Positions 22,146 through 33,506 of a stretch of DNA of 64,000 nt are shown in pieces. How positions within the stretch are numbered: the stretch's first letter is position 1; each line of letters begins with the position of its first letter. The position numbers and the translations under genes were made by a program. Below the pieces are notes generated by a model. It saw nothing but the letters and a program-made list of their open reading frames with translations. It was not told where the DNA came from and did no database searches. The DNA is from an uncultured delta proteobacterium (lineage in GTDB: Bacteria; Myxococcota_A; Polyangia; Polyangiales; Polyangiaceae): positions 32,001 through 96,000 of the forward strand of contig CAVOKF010000002.1 of the NCBI GenBank assembly GCA_963696385.1. The letters are read 5' to 3'.

Positions 22146-22814
22146 TCACGTTCTGACCTGGGTGGCCTTCGACCGTGGCGCAGGCGTGGAGCAGGTCGAG
22201 CAGGGCGCACCGCTTCCGTGCTGGATATTGTTCCGAGTCGGCTCCGCACGTAGCGTGCCACGGGACGGCTGCTCCACCATCTGGCCGAGGCGCGCGTAGA
22301 TGAATCGGAACGTGGGCGGCGCTCCTTCGAAGCACCAACGGACCCAAGCCTCGCCCTCGGCCCAGGCCTTCCGCGCGGAGACGTTCCGAATCACCCACGC
22401 CATCGCCGCCTCCGACCACTTTTCAATCGTCCCCCCAGGCTCGGGAAGGAGCTGACCGCCGACGACGACCATCACGCAATCGCCCAACCGCCCCTCGGCC
22501 TCGAGCACCTCCACCGTTGCCTTCGTGAAGATCGAACGGACCGCGTTGTTGGCCGGCTGGCCCTTGGCGTGGCCGAACGGGAGCGCGCTCGAAGCGTCCA
22601 CGATGGCGTCGGGGCGCGACGAGCGAACAACCGCAGACACGGCCGCCGCGTCGCAGAGATCTCCCTTGATCAGCGTCACCATCGCACGGAGCGCCTCCGG
22701 CACCTTGTCGGGATTGCGCACGAACGCCGCGACCGTCCAGCCCCGCTCGAGCACGCGCTCCATCACGAGGCGTCCGGCCTTGCCCGTAGCCCCGCAGATC
22801 AACATGGTCCCCAT
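22146..22814 (-). CDS. NAD(P)H-binding Rossmann-fold protein, 3' end possibly damaged
   Basis: MLICGATGKAG...VAAFVRNPDK. Confidence 0.65.
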   Translation of the reverse strand: MGTMLICGATGKAGRLVMERVLERGWTVAAFVRNPDKVPEALRAMVTLIKGDLCDAAAVSAVVRSSRPDAIVDASSALPFGHAKGQPANNAVRSIFTKATVEVLEAEGRLGDCVMVVVGGQLLPEPGGTIEKWSEAAMAWVIRNVSARKAWAEGEAWVRWCFEGAPPTFRFIYARLGQMVEQPSRGTLRAEPTRNNIQHGSGAPCSTCSTPAPRSKATQVRT

Positions 22815-22836
22815 CGGAGCCTCCGCGTGAATCGTT

Positions 22837-24730
22837 TCACACCCACTCGAGCTTCTCGAGGTCGGCGAGCAATCCCGGTCCGGTCGGCTGCCAGCCCAGC
22901 GCCGCGCGCGTCTGCTCGCTCGCCGAGCGGATGTCTTCGCCTGCGAGCGCGCCCATCCACCCGAAGTAGCCCGGTGCCTCGTCGGGCGTGATCGAGCGAA
23001 CGGGCACTCGCAGTCCCTTCCCGAGGACGTCCGCGATCGCGCGCAGTTGCACGCCTTCCTCGCCCACGGCGTGGTAGCGCGCCATCGCGTTCTTCTCAAG
23101 CGCGCGCCGGTAGAGGCGCGCCACGTCGTTCACGTGCGCTGCCGACCAGTGGTTCGAGCCATCGCCGACGTACCCCACGAAGCCCTTTTGGCGCGCGACC
23201 TCGATCACGAACGAGACGAGCCCCGCGCGGCGCGTGTCGTGCACCTGCGGCAGTCGCACGATCGCGACACGCACCCCGCGCTGCGCCACGGCATCGGCGG
23301 CCCGCTCGGGCGTGCGCGGGAATCCTCCGTCGGAGGGCGGCGCGTCATTCTCGGTCGCGGGCCGACCTGGGGTCCTGACCATGCCCACCCCCGAGGTCAC
23401 GATCAGCAGCTTCTGCGTGCCCGCGAGCGCTTCGCCCAGCGCCGCGATCGCCCGCTGCTCGTTCGCGCAATTGTCGGCGAACTTGGAGAAGTCGTGATCG
23501 AACGCGAGGTGGATCACCGCGTCCCTTCAGCGGCGCCCTCGTTGTGACCCACCCCGCGGCGGGATCGTGAGCCAGGGGGGCCGGTGAACGGTGGCCCTCT
23601 GGCGGCGTGATCGTGATCCACCTGGTTGCCCAATAGCAAGCCGTCGAATAGGGCCGGCGCGGGCTCGGGCACGCGCTCTGCATCGAGCCTCTTGCGACCC
23701 AATGAAGTGCATAGCCATGATCGCAGCGCGAGGAGCGGGGCCGTGTTGCCGCGTGTTGCCACGTGGCAACGCCAGGCCGGTGCACGGCGCCCTTCCAGGT
23801 GTGCACGATCCCAGCGAGCGACGAGCTCGTTCGTCGGCTGCGAGTGGTCGTGGCATGCGACGTGCGTGAGCAAATTCCATATTTTATGAAGCAATATCCA
23901 ATACATAGATAGCCCTCCCGCCGCCACCCGGTCGGCCCGTCGAGAGTCGCAGTCGATCTGCCGTTTGCTTCACGAGCACACGCTGCGGCCCAGCCCTTGC
24001 CGCGCGTTGGAGGTGTTGGCGAATCGACGTTCGAACAGGCCATCTTCGACTGTTGACGTCGGCCTCGTGCGGCGCGGTTGCCCTTGTTCTTGACGGAGCC
24101 AGCGCGCAAGGGCTTGCGCTCGGGATTCTAGAGTCAGCGTGCAGCGCGGCTCGGCACTGCCGGGCGCGCGGGTGCGCAGAGTCCTACCGGCGTCTTGCTT
24201 CGGGGCTCCCACTGCCGAGGCTCTCGCGACGCTGTCAGCGCCCTCGCGATCGGATCACTCTCGCGATCCAAGTAGACCGATTTCGAGAGAAGCGACGACG
24301 ACCAATCTCCGAGCGCGCACGAAAGCGAGCCGCGATGACGGCTACGCGGGAACGGCTCCGGCTGCGAAAGTCAATGCGCGTATCCCACCGACCGGACCCG
24401 GCCGTCCACCGCTGACCTTGGCGGTAGACGGGTGGGTCACGATCCCGCCGCCGCCGGCGTTGCGCTGGGACCATGACGTGGATCACGAGAACGCCCGGAA
24501 GTGGATCACTTTAAAGGCGCCGCTGAAGCCGCGTCCGCATGCGCGGCCGGAATTGAGAGTGTCTCGGGCCGAGTGAGATCGCCACGCGCCACTTCCGCGC
24601 CCGCAAGCGCGAGCGCCGCTACCGACGAGTCGGAGCGTGCGAGCCCGACGACCGCATGCCCTGCGCCCTTCAGCTCGCGGACGACGGCAGAACCGATAAA
24701 ACCAGACGCACCGGTGACGAAGACACGCAT
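22837..24730 (-). pseudogene. SDR/NAD-dependent epimerase interrupted by a 1004-bp insertion
   Basis: N-part MRVFVTGASGFIGS (24730-24529), C-part VIHLAF.HDFS (23516-22837). Removing the insert and one target copy restores 882 nt in frame. Confidence 0.9.
23525..24528. mobile_element. Non-autonomous 1004-bp element with IS21-like ends
   Basis: 8-bp target duplication ccgcgtcc (23517-23524, 24529-24536). Imperfect TIRs cttcagcggcgccctcgttgtgacccac / cttcagcggcgcctttaaagtgatccac. Internal gtgaYccac repeats. Confidence 0.88.
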
Positions 24731-24740
24731 GCGGACCTCC

Positions 24741-24791
24741 TGATGTCAGACGCTGACATTCGACTAACATGTGATGTCAGTGCCTGCAATC
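24741..24791. promoter_or_regulatory. Probable TetR operators in divergent intergenic region
   Basis: Palindrome tgtcag-acg-ctgaca plus a second tgatgtcag copy between the SDR gene and tetR. Confidence 0.6.
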
Positions 24792-24798
24792 AGGTAGC

Positions 24799-25443
24799 AT
24801 GGGGACGATGGCGCGCTGGGAGCCCGACGCACGCGGACGGCTGGAGAAGGCCGCGATGGAGCTCTTTCAAGAGCGTGGGTACGTGGAGACGACGGTCGAG
24901 GAGATCGCGACGTGCGCCGGCCTCACGGAGCGGACCTTCTTCCGCTACTTCGCCGACAAGCGCGAGGTGCTGTTCTCCGGGTCGAAGGAGCTCGAGAAAG
25001 GCATCGTGGACGGCATCGAGAGCACCTCCCGAGAGGCAGGTCCGCTGGAGGCCGTCGTCGCCGCCTTCGAGGCGGCAGGCGCTAAGCTCCAAGACCGCCG
25101 TGACATCCGCTTCGTTCGAGCAAGGTACGCGCTCGTCACCAACCATGCGGAGCTCCAAGAGCGCGAGCTCATCAAGCTCGCCTCACTTGCGATGGCGGTC
25201 ACCAAGGCGCTTCGTGTGCGGGGAGTCCCCGAGCCTGCCGCAAGCCTCGCTGCCGAGGTGGGCATCGCCGTCTTCAAGGTCGGCTTCGAACGCTGGGTCA
25301 ACGAGAGGAAGCCGAGCGACCTCGCAGCACAAATCCGCGCGGCGGCGGACGCCCTCAAGGCCGTCGCTGCCGCACGGAACGCACCGACCAAGCGCCCAAG
25401 AAGGAAACCCCGCGCCGCGCGTAGCGGGCTCGGCAATCGGTAG
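24799..25443 (+). CDS. TetR-family transcriptional regulator
   Basis: TTVEEIA..AGLTERTFFRYFADKREVLF. Confidence 0.9.
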   Translation: MGTMARWEPDARGRLEKAAMELFQERGYVETTVEEIATCAGLTERTFFRYFADKREVLFSGSKELEKGIVDGIESTSREAGPLEAVVAAFEAAGAKLQDRRDIRFVRARYALVTNHAELQERELIKLASLAMAVTKALRVRGVPEPAASLAAEVGIAVFKVGFERWVNERKPSDLAAQIRAAADALKAVAAARNAPTKRPRRKPRAARSGLGNR

Positions 25444-25559
25444 CAGAAGCCTGGATCGGACACCGTCCTTGACCTGTGCTCGCAGATGGCCGGAGGAAAT
25501 TCGGGTCCGTTGCTCGTTGCCATCGTTGTTTCGGCAGCTGCGACCGCGGCGGTCGCCCG

Positions 25560-26270
25560 CCCCGCTCGTCCGCAGACTACCGCGATTTCGTGCGTCTTTT
25601 CCCCGAACTCTGGGTGCCCGAGGGGCCGTCGTCCGCGGAGCGCTTCGCCGAGTGGATCGCTCCCCCCCACGCTCTGGTGTTGCGCGACGGCGACGCGGTC
25701 CTCGGGTTCGCATGGGCGCGCCCGCGTGGCGACCGGCCGCACGTCTCAATCGTGATCACCAATCCGGCGCATCGACGCCAGGCAGTGGCGCGCACGCTGA
25801 TGACGGCCGTCCCGGAGCAGGGCCGTGCCGCGGGCTTTCGGCGGTGGATGCTCAACGTCAAACCAGACAACACGGCGGCCCGAACGCTCTACGAGCGCTG
25901 TGGCATGAGCGTCGTGCTGGCGTCGGTCTATCGCGTGGGCGGATGTGGCGCGGATCGAGCCCCTGGCCGGAATCGTTGCTCGCCCGCTGCCACCGGCCGA
26001 CAATGCCCGGTTCGAGGACGCTCTGGCGCTCTCTCGCGGCGAACCCTCAGACTATCGCGCACCAGCGGGGCGCGCCTGGTGGGTGCAGAAGGTCCCGACG
26101 GCCCGGTCGGCGTCGTCGCGTACGACCCGATCCACCCAGGAGTTCCGCTGCTGCGGGTCCGCTTGCCGCGTGCTGCTCGACGCCATCCGCCGCTACGCCC
26201 ACCCGGACCACGACTGCGGTTCAGAGTCCGATTTGGGGTTCGTCGACCGGGCGCGAGCCCGACGAGCTAA
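25560..26270 (+). pseudogene. GNAT acetyltransferase, degraded
   Basis: PAHRRQAVARTLM...LNVKPDNTAARTLYERCG; frameshifts downstream. Confidence 0.6.
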
Positions 26271-26711
26271 TGGTGACCGCCAGATTTTCGACCCCGCCGC
26301 CCGCCTCCGCTCGTTCGAGATCGTGGCGGAAGTCGCGCGGGGCGTGAGAACGATTTTCGCGTCGTATCCGCAAATCGGCTCCGGGCGACGATGGCCAAAG
26401 CAAACTCCATGGCATTCCGAGTCGAATTCGACGGCACGCACCCTCTTCGGGCCTCTCGGACCCCCGACGAGCTTCCGACGGTCGAGTCTTGCGCCGAGTC
26501 GCCCTTCATGAAGTCCCCGCCCGCGCCGTATCCTCCCCGGGGGCAGAGATCGATGCCCGCTTGCGCGGACCGATCGCTTGCGGATCGAATGGACCTGTCG
26601 CCGCCGCAGAACAAGCGGAGTCCGTGGTCACAGGAAACCAAACGGAGTTCGGCCGTTTCGGTTTGTGGAAAAAAGTTTGTGAAAAAAACATCGGAGGCGG
26701 CGAGAAGCAGG

Positions 26712-27347
26712 ATGCTGACGGCAGCTTGGGATGTGGGACGCCTCATCGAGCTGCGATTCTCCGGAAGCCCGACCCTCGAGGACGTCGCGCAGTTCGAGCG
26801 CGACTCGCACGCGTGCGTGGTGTCCTGCGTCGCACGGACCAAACAGCCCGTGGTCGTATGCACCGACATTCGGGCGACGCAGTTGTTCCGACCCGCGGTG
26901 ACAGACCGACTGATTCAAACGATGCGGGGGAACAATCGGATGGTGGAACGAAACGGCATGCTCGGCAACGGCAGCGCGCTGATGGCGCTGCAGATCGTCA
27001 GGCTCACCAACGAGGCGGCGGGCGACCATCGAAGACGCATTTTCGAGGAATTGGAACCGCTGCTCGATTGGCTCGCTGCGTCGTTGACGGCCGAAGAGCA
27101 GGCCGGAGTGCGCCATTTCTTGGCTGGGCACGAGATGAGCGGGACGGGACAGGAAACAACTACGACAGTCGCGACGGGCAGGGATAGGCGCACGCCGCGC
27201 CCGTTCCCCCACTCCCGAAGTCGTCTCTTCCCAGACTCGAGGCCGCAAGGGAACGCGCCGAGCATGGCGATCGAGCTCAAGGTGGATGTCGGCCGCCTTT
27301 CGCGGGGACTTCGGAAACGAGCCAAAATCGGCCCACGGTTCGAGTGA
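26712..27347 (+). CDS. Hypothetical STAS/SpoIIAA-like myxobacterial protein
   Basis: VGRLIELRF...VVCTDIR...LQIVRL...RRIFEE...LDWL pattern. Confidence 0.5.
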   Translation: MLTAAWDVGRLIELRFSGSPTLEDVAQFERDSHACVVSCVARTKQPVVVCTDIRATQLFRPAVTDRLIQTMRGNNRMVERNGMLGNGSALMALQIVRLTNEAAGDHRRRIFEELEPLLDWLAASLTAEEQAGVRHFLAGHEMSGTGQETTTTVATGRDRRTPRPFPHSRSRLFPDSRPQGNAPSMAIELKVDVGRLSRGLRKRAKIGPRFE

Positions 27348-27416
27348 AAACGAACGCCCCAAAGGGATTCTACGTTAACTCACCGTCTCGCTGGCCTCTT
27401 CGTCGACCGGCAGGCG
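27322..27416 (-). repeat. dif-like repeat copy G
   Basis: aacgccccaaa-gggatt-ctacgttaact (27353-27380) followed by ctcttcgtcgaccggcaggc. Confidence 0.7.
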
Positions 27417-27451
27417 TGCATCCGACGCACGGTCAGCGTCCAGCCCACGGT

Positions 27452-29260
27452 CTACCGAAGGCCCGGAAGGACCTGCGTACCCTCAATCTGGACGGCCGTC
27501 AGAGCGGCCGGGTTGAGCCCCAGGAGGGCGAGGATCGTCGGTGCGACCTGGGTAGTCTCGACGGAGGTGGACTCGACCCGAACCGGTATGCCCGGGCCGC
27601 TGACAACCATCAGGACGTGTGTGTCGCCCGTGTTCATACCACCGTGCTCGGCGAGCTTGGTCGGCCCCGAGTAAACGATGCCCACCTGGACCTTGCCGAA
27701 GACGTCCGGGTAGTGGCCATTGTCAACCGGGACGCCGAAGAAGTTGGCGGCCTCAGCGCCGACCCAGATCTGCGCGAGGCCCGAATGCTGGACGGTGACG
27801 GGGTTCTTGTTGATGTCGAAACCCGCAGCGGTGTGGTTCCACAGATAGCTCTTGACGAAGTCGCAAGCGGCCTGCGAGTTGTCCGACAGGTAGGACTGCC
27901 ACAGGTCGTCGTCGGTTCCGGCAACGATCAGGCTCGTGTTGCTCGGGTGCGTCTCCGCCCAGGCGGCGTTGATCGCGCTGATGATCGGGCCGTCCTTGAC
28001 GGTGCGGAGCTGGTTCGGATCCAGCGGCGACTGGCCGTGCTTGGCCGTGACGATGATCGTCGTCGAGCCCGCGAGGCCGTCCTTGTCGATCGTAGAAACC
28101 ATGCGGCCAAGTTGAGCGTCGACGTAGTCGAGCGCGCTCGAGAGGACGGGGCCGGGAACGAGCTGACCGTTGACGAACTGGTACCCACCTGCCTCCGGAG
28201 CGCTGGTGGTGAAATTTCCGTTCGCGTCCGGACCGATCAACGTCGTCGGAGTCGAGGGGATCTTCTCCGCGACCGAGACGGTCTGGAAGTTCATGCCGAA
28301 GATCGCCGGGGTGCCGACGTGGGTCTTGCCCGAGTGGTCGAGACCGTCGATCTCATTCAGGATGGCCTGGACCTTGTAGCCGTCGTACTGCTTGGTGGCG
28401 GCGTCGATGTGCGCCCAGTCGTTGTCCTGCGGGTAAGGGACACCGTTCGGCATGACAGCCTGCGAGTCGATCTCCGGCGAGAAGAGGTCGTCAATGCTCT
28501 CGCCGTTCGAGCCCGGACCATTGAACGACGCGTAGATCTCGTGCTTGTCAGACCAAGCGGTGCGCAGGCCGGCGTTGTGGATGACCTGGAAGATCGTGTT
28601 GTCGCCGAGGTAGTCCCACGGAGTGATCGGCTCGCAGGTCTTCGGGTCCACTGGGAACGTGCCCGGGTTGAGCGACGTCTTCGGGTCGAACTTCAGGTTC
28701 ATGATCGCGGCCGGGTTGGTGTCAAGGCCGTTGGCGAAGATCGAACCGTCCTCGTCGAACGACGGGAAGGTGCCGTTCGCGGGATTGATGAAGTCGAGAA
28801 CATTCGCCAGCGCGTCATCCGGCGAGTCATAGATGACGTCACCACCGGTGGCCGGCTGGCCCGGGGTGCAGGCAGCGCCCCCCTCGTCGACCTCGTGGCT
28901 GTACTCAACGTCGTAGTAGACGCCCGTCGATTTGGGGTTACCGCCGGTCATCAGCGCGGTGCCACCCGGGTCGGAGTCCGACGGGTTGGAGGTCGCCGCA
29001 TTGGTGTACTCGCTGCCAGAGTGAACCAACTTGGCAAGCGTCGAGTTTGGGTGGTTGGCGACGTACCAGTCAAGGTCACTCTGGTGCATGCCATCGATCG
29101 AAATCAGCAGCACGTGCTGGTGGCGGTGGCCCTGGTCCTGGCAGTCAGCCGCGATCGCCTGCGTCGAGGTGCCCGTGATTTCTTCGCCGGCGCCGGCGTT
29201 CGAGCTGCAGGCCCCGACGAGGCAAAGCGACAGCAGCGGCAGAGTAGTTCGAATGCGCAT
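27452..29260 (-). CDS. Alkaline-phosphatase-superfamily (type I phosphodiesterase) lipoprotein
   Basis: Lipobox LVGAC; HVLLISIDGMH, TAKHGQSP, AEHGG, QVAPTIL. Confidence 0.88.
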   Translation of the reverse strand: MRIRTTLPLLSLCLVGACSSNAGAGEEITGTSTQAIAADCQDQGHRHQHVLLISIDGMHQSDLDWYVANHPNSTLAKLVHSGSEYTNAATSNPSDSDPGGTALMTGGNPKSTGVYYDVEYSHEVDEGGAACTPGQPATGGDVIYDSPDDALANVLDFINPANGTFPSFDEDGSIFANGLDTNPAAIMNLKFDPKTSLNPGTFPVDPKTCEPITPWDYLGDNTIFQVIHNAGLRTAWSDKHEIYASFNGPGSNGESIDDLFSPEIDSQAVMPNGVPYPQDNDWAHIDAATKQYDGYKVQAILNEIDGLDHSGKTHVGTPAIFGMNFQTVSVAEKIPSTPTTLIGPDANGNFTTSAPEAGGYQFVNGQLVPGPVLSSALDYVDAQLGRMVSTIDKDGLAGSTTIIVTAKHGQSPLDPNQLRTVKDGPIISAINAAWAETHPSNTSLIVAGTDDDLWQSYLSDNSQAACDFVKSYLWNHTAAGFDINKNPVTVQHSGLAQIWVGAEAANFFGVPVDNGHYPDVFGKVQVGIVYSGPTKLAEHGGMNTGDTHVLMVVSGPGIPVRVESTSVETTQVAPTILALLGLNPAALTAVQIEGTQVLPGLR

Positions 29261-29734
29261 CGGTGATCTCCTTCTTGCATCATGTGTGCGGTGCCCTCGC
29301 GCTTTGTAGTCGGCTCTGTGTGACGACGATGTGCCGATGCAGCAAAAACAAGAGGGCCAGATCGGCGTGCAATTGTCACCGAAAGGCGGTTTTCGTGGAC
29401 CACGCGGCAGTTCGTGCTCGACAGCGACCCGAATGACGAAACCCTTGCGCAGCTCGGGGGCGCGCCTCACCGTCGTCACCCCCTTGGTTTCTCCGACCTT
29501 GCGCGGGCCGCCGCTTCTACTGCGAGGGACTGGGCTTCGAGTTCGACGGATGGTTCGTCGTCGTCGAGGGCTCGTACACGGCGACGCTCAACGGCAAGGA
29601 AGTCCGAGTCGGGGCCCGGCAGAAATGCTCCATCCCCAAGGGCACCCGAATCGCAGGCCGAGTCACCGCCGGGACGAGGATGGTTCACGCGTTCGGTGAC
29701 CGAAGAGCGGAGCGTAGATGAACCGCGCCGGGCC

Positions 29735-30100
29735 TAAGCCTAAGGCATCCCGAACGAGCCACACAGGCGAAGAGCACGACGACCAACGAGGCGAGCAGCG
29801 TCGCACGACCGAGCGAGCTTGCGAGCCGCCGAGCGCCGGCTCGCGTCGAGAGCACGTCATGTGCCGCCTTTAGCGCCACGACGACAACGACGGCGGATGG
29901 CTTGTAGGCGAGGGTCCGTCCGAAGTCCGATGCCCAGAAGGCTGCCACACCCAACATCGACAGGCTAATCCCGCGCATCGCGAGGTTGATGGCGCCGGTT
30001 GCGAGGAGCAGACCGATGCAAATCCAACCGAGCGTCCGGAACCGCAGACCCATCTTCTGGCCGCTCTGGCGCTTTGGGCGATTTCCCAGTCCCGCTCGGT
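29735..30100 (-). pseudogene. CopD/DUF4149-like membrane protein fragment
   Basis: GLRFRTLGWICIGLLLATG.N...FGRTLAYK...HD. Confidence 0.5.
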
Positions 30101-30245
30101 TCCAAGCACGAACGCCACTTCGAGCGGCGAGGGCGCGAGTCGCGCACGGGCGGAAAAAATCACGCAGGGGCATCGAAGTCCGTTCCTGCGCTGGTTGCGC
30201 TGGTCCGATCGCGGTCAAACGACCACGGCTGAGGGATGGGATGCC

Positions 30246-30354
30246 AAATTGGCGCGGTTGCACGGACCACGAACGCCCCAAAGGCGTTATATGTGACCGC
30301 GGAGGTTTCCGCGGCTCTTCGTCGACCGATACCCTTTCGCCCGGCTACTCGCTC
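30246..30354 (-). repeat. dif-like repeat copy A
   Basis: aacgccccaaa-ggcgtt-atatgtgaccg (30272-30299) plus accessory segment ending ctactcgctc. Confidence 0.85.
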
Positions 30355-31088
30355 GACGCTGAGTCCTGGCGGCACAAAGAGGCCCAGCAGCGCTCTCGGT
30401 CCAAAAGAAACCTACGGACGACGACGCCTGACGGCGTCCGGATGCGCCCCGCGGTCGGCGACCGCCTCTCCGCGGGGCGTCCTTGAATTCGAAAGTTCCG
30501 TCACTCGGGAAGGCTTACCTTAAAGCAATCCCAGATGCCATTGTGGACATCGTACTCGCAAGAGCCTGAGGAGCAGTCGCTATCGTTTACACATACGTCG
30601 CACGCCGTGTGGCAGTAGTTCGCGGCCTGGCCGCACGCGTCGCCGTCCACGGACCGCCGTCAGAGCTCTCCCAGCATCCTACGGACGGAGGAGGAGCCGG
30701 AGGAGTCGCTGTGCTCGTCGTGCCAGGCGCCGGGAGGCCCGCATCGGCGCGCAGCGCGAAGCTGTCGCAACCGGCGCCGCCGCTCGGCGAGCACCATCCA
30801 CCTGGCCCGCAATCGGAGTCGACGGTGCAGTTGCCGCCCGCATAGCAGAGGTTCGGCGCGGAGGTCGATGTTGAGGGGCGACAGACGCAAGGTCCGACGT
30901 GACAGTAACGACTCCGCCTTTGCTGACTTGAGCGACGATGCGGTGCGGCTGCATGTGCCACACAACGACACCGCCGATCGTGCGGAGGAGCGACGGCAGC
31001 GTAAGCCCCATCGGTCCTCAAGCCGTAGCGCTCAGCAACTCGCTCGATTGCCTTTGCGGCCCGCCCCGTTGGGGCACCCTGGCGCCCC

Positions 31089-31473
31089 ATGGTCCTCGAG
31101 GTCACCGGGCTCGAGAAGCGCCTACGAGGGCATCGTCGCGGTCGCCGGGGTGAGCTTCTCCGTCGCGGCCGGGGAGATCCCGGGTCTGGTCGGACCCAAC
31201 GGCGCCGGCAAGACGACGACGCTCCGCTGCCTCGGGGGCATCCTCCGGCCGAGCGCGGGGACCGTAAAGGTGGCTGGCAGGGACATCGTCGCCGATCCGG
31301 TGGGCGCCAAGCAGCACCTCGCGTTTCTGCCCGACGAGCCGCGCCTCTTCGAGTATCTGTCCGTCCGCGAACACCTGAACCTCGTCGCCCGCCTGTACCG
31401 CGTCGCCGGCTGGGAGGCGAAGGCGGACGCGCTGCTCTCCGAGCTCGAGCTCGCCGACAAGCGGGACGATTGA
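31089..31473 (+). pseudogene. ABC transporter ATP-binding protein N-terminal fragment
   Basis: GLVGPNGAGKTT; truncated before the signature motif. Confidence 0.75.
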
Positions 31474-31518
31474 GCAACTGCGCCGATACGCCTCGACGCT
31501 CATCGCACGCCTCACGGA

Positions 31519-31557
31519 CGCAGTCGCACAATCGCCTATTATTTAGTTAGGTTAAAT
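31519..31557 (+). repeat. dif-like half-site H abutting the IS4 end
   Basis: cgcagtcgcacaatcgcctatt is the reverse complement of 43401-43422 (1 mismatch); followed by ttaggttaaat. Confidence 0.6.
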
Positions 31558-32854
31558 TAAGAGTCTTCGATCAGCCCATCCGACTTCAACTTGGTCAGCA
31601 TCGGCTCCATGTCGCTCCACTCGAACCGAGACCCGTCGTCGCGCCATCCGAGGCAATCGCCAGCGACGAACTCCCTCTCGGCGAGCAATCGCTGCACGAA
31701 CGGGATCGCCTCGCCGACCAATTCGACGGCGTGACTCGTCCCCACCGCAAGACACCCAGCGACGCTTCCGCGAAGTGTGCGAGCGAGCGTTTCAGAAGGG
31801 CTGCGAGCAAGCTCGCCCATATCATCGCTTTCGCGATAGCGGCCTTGCCCGTATCGAAGGCATGAAGGTTGGCGTGGGATTTGAACTCTTTGAACAGGAG
31901 TTCCACCTGCCAGCGGAGGCGATACAAGCCGGCCACGTCGGCGGCGGAGAAGCGCTTGCGAGCGAGGTTGCTGTGCAGGTACACGAACGTCTTCGCGTTG
32001 CGCTTGCCGCGCTTGTAGATCGCCACAATTCGCCCGCGATACACGAATGAATTCGCCTGCCATTCGATGTCGAGATCGACCGTGTGGGCCGGAAGCAGGT
32101 CCCAGTTCAACTTCTGGCCGAGCAACTTGGGGATGGATTTGCCGGCGCTGTCGAAAGCGGCCCGAATGGTGGGTCGAATGTTTTTGGTTCCGCGGACGAT
32201 GAAGGCGCCGCCCGCTTGGTCGACGTCGAAAAAGAATTTTCGCTCCTCGTACCCTCGGTCGGCCAGAAAGAGCCGCTCGCGAAGACTCGCGGCCTCGGGA
32301 CGGTAGGTTCGCTCGGTCTCCTTGTCGGCCGTCAGGGCGACGATGCGCACATCGTCTTGGAGCAGACTCATCGTGACGTGCAGTTCCACGGCGGCAGGCG
32401 AGATTTTTGTAAAGCGGCCCGGCCATGTGCCTTTCAAGTCGTCCTTGAGCGCGAACGACGTCCCGTCGTGAATGACGATGTCCCGAAAGGTCGACAGTTT
32501 GGGGGACACGGCGTGCAGAACCGGCTGGCTCATCTTCTGTACCGTCGCTTCCAGCAGCATCCGAAACATCTCTGGAAAGGACGCTTGCGCGAGCCGGTTG
32601 TGAAAGGGCTTATATCGCAGCGAAAGGCCCGCGAATTTCCGGAACGTCCGCAGAATATCGGCCAACCACTTGGCGTGGCCCGACCCGAGCGTGGACAGCA
32701 CCGCCACGACCATCGCCAGCGGCATCACCTTGCGCACTCGCCGTAGCCAGCCGCTACGTCTCGCGATCGCGGTCACCTGCTCCTCGCCGAGTACTTCCGT
32801 AAGCCGTTTCGCATACACGCCGACTCCGGCGCGTGTCCTGTTTGATCCGTGCAT
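31557..32854 (-). mobile_element. IS4-family transposase with frameshift near the 3' end
   Basis: IHDGTSF, LADRGY and LYRLRWQVELLFKEFK (Y-R-E-K motif). Confidence 0.88.
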
Positions 32855-32981
32855 CGGGGGTCTCCTTTCGCGTTGTCTCACAACAGCGTCTAGAGAATCC
32901 CCGATGCCTTTGACTATCCAATTCGTGCACTATGCACGTAAGTGATCGAGATCACTCGGGAAATAAAGATCCTACCTATGT

Positions 32982-33506
32982 ATGCGGCTTCGCGAACACC
33001 TGCAACCTCACTTCCTTCGCAACACGCTGAACGCCATCGCCGCCTTGATCGACGAGGAGCCTTCGGAGGCACGCGATCTACTCGCTGCTGTGGCCGATCT
33101 TCTGACGGACTCCATTGAGGACTCGGCTCCGCAGCGGCCGCTCGGCATCGAGTTAGCATGGTTACGTTACCGAGGATCGCTACACGTCGCTTGGGACGAA
33201 GAACCGATGACCTCGGCGACCCTGGTCCCGCGCCTTCTACTGCAGCGGCTCGTGGAGAACGCCGTGCACCACGGTGCACTCGCCAGACGGACCGATGGAT
33301 GCGTGACGGTCCGCACGCGCGCCCGGCGCGGCGGCGGGGCCATCGTCGAGGTCGAGGACAACGGTCCGGTTATCTCCCCAAGTGGTTCGAGCGCCATCGG
33401 GCTGGGTCTACGGCTCGTCCGGCAGCGTGTCGATCTGGAGTCTCACGGCTCGTTTCGCCTGGAGTCGACTCCGAACGGCACACGAGCCATCGTGGAGTTG
33501 CCGTGA
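32982..33506 (+). pseudogene. LytS-type histidine kinase C-terminal fragment
   Basis: LQPHFLRNTLNAI, LVENAVHHG, VEDNG, GLGL. N-terminus is absent at the IS4 boundary. Confidence 0.8.

Noticed and set aside
27344..29266. Long antisense ORFs such as 27344-29266 (+), 44929-46368 (+), 47761-49959 (-) and 24656-26347 (+)
   Set aside because: Shadow ORFs typical of high-GC DNA; they overlap well-supported genes and lack motifs.
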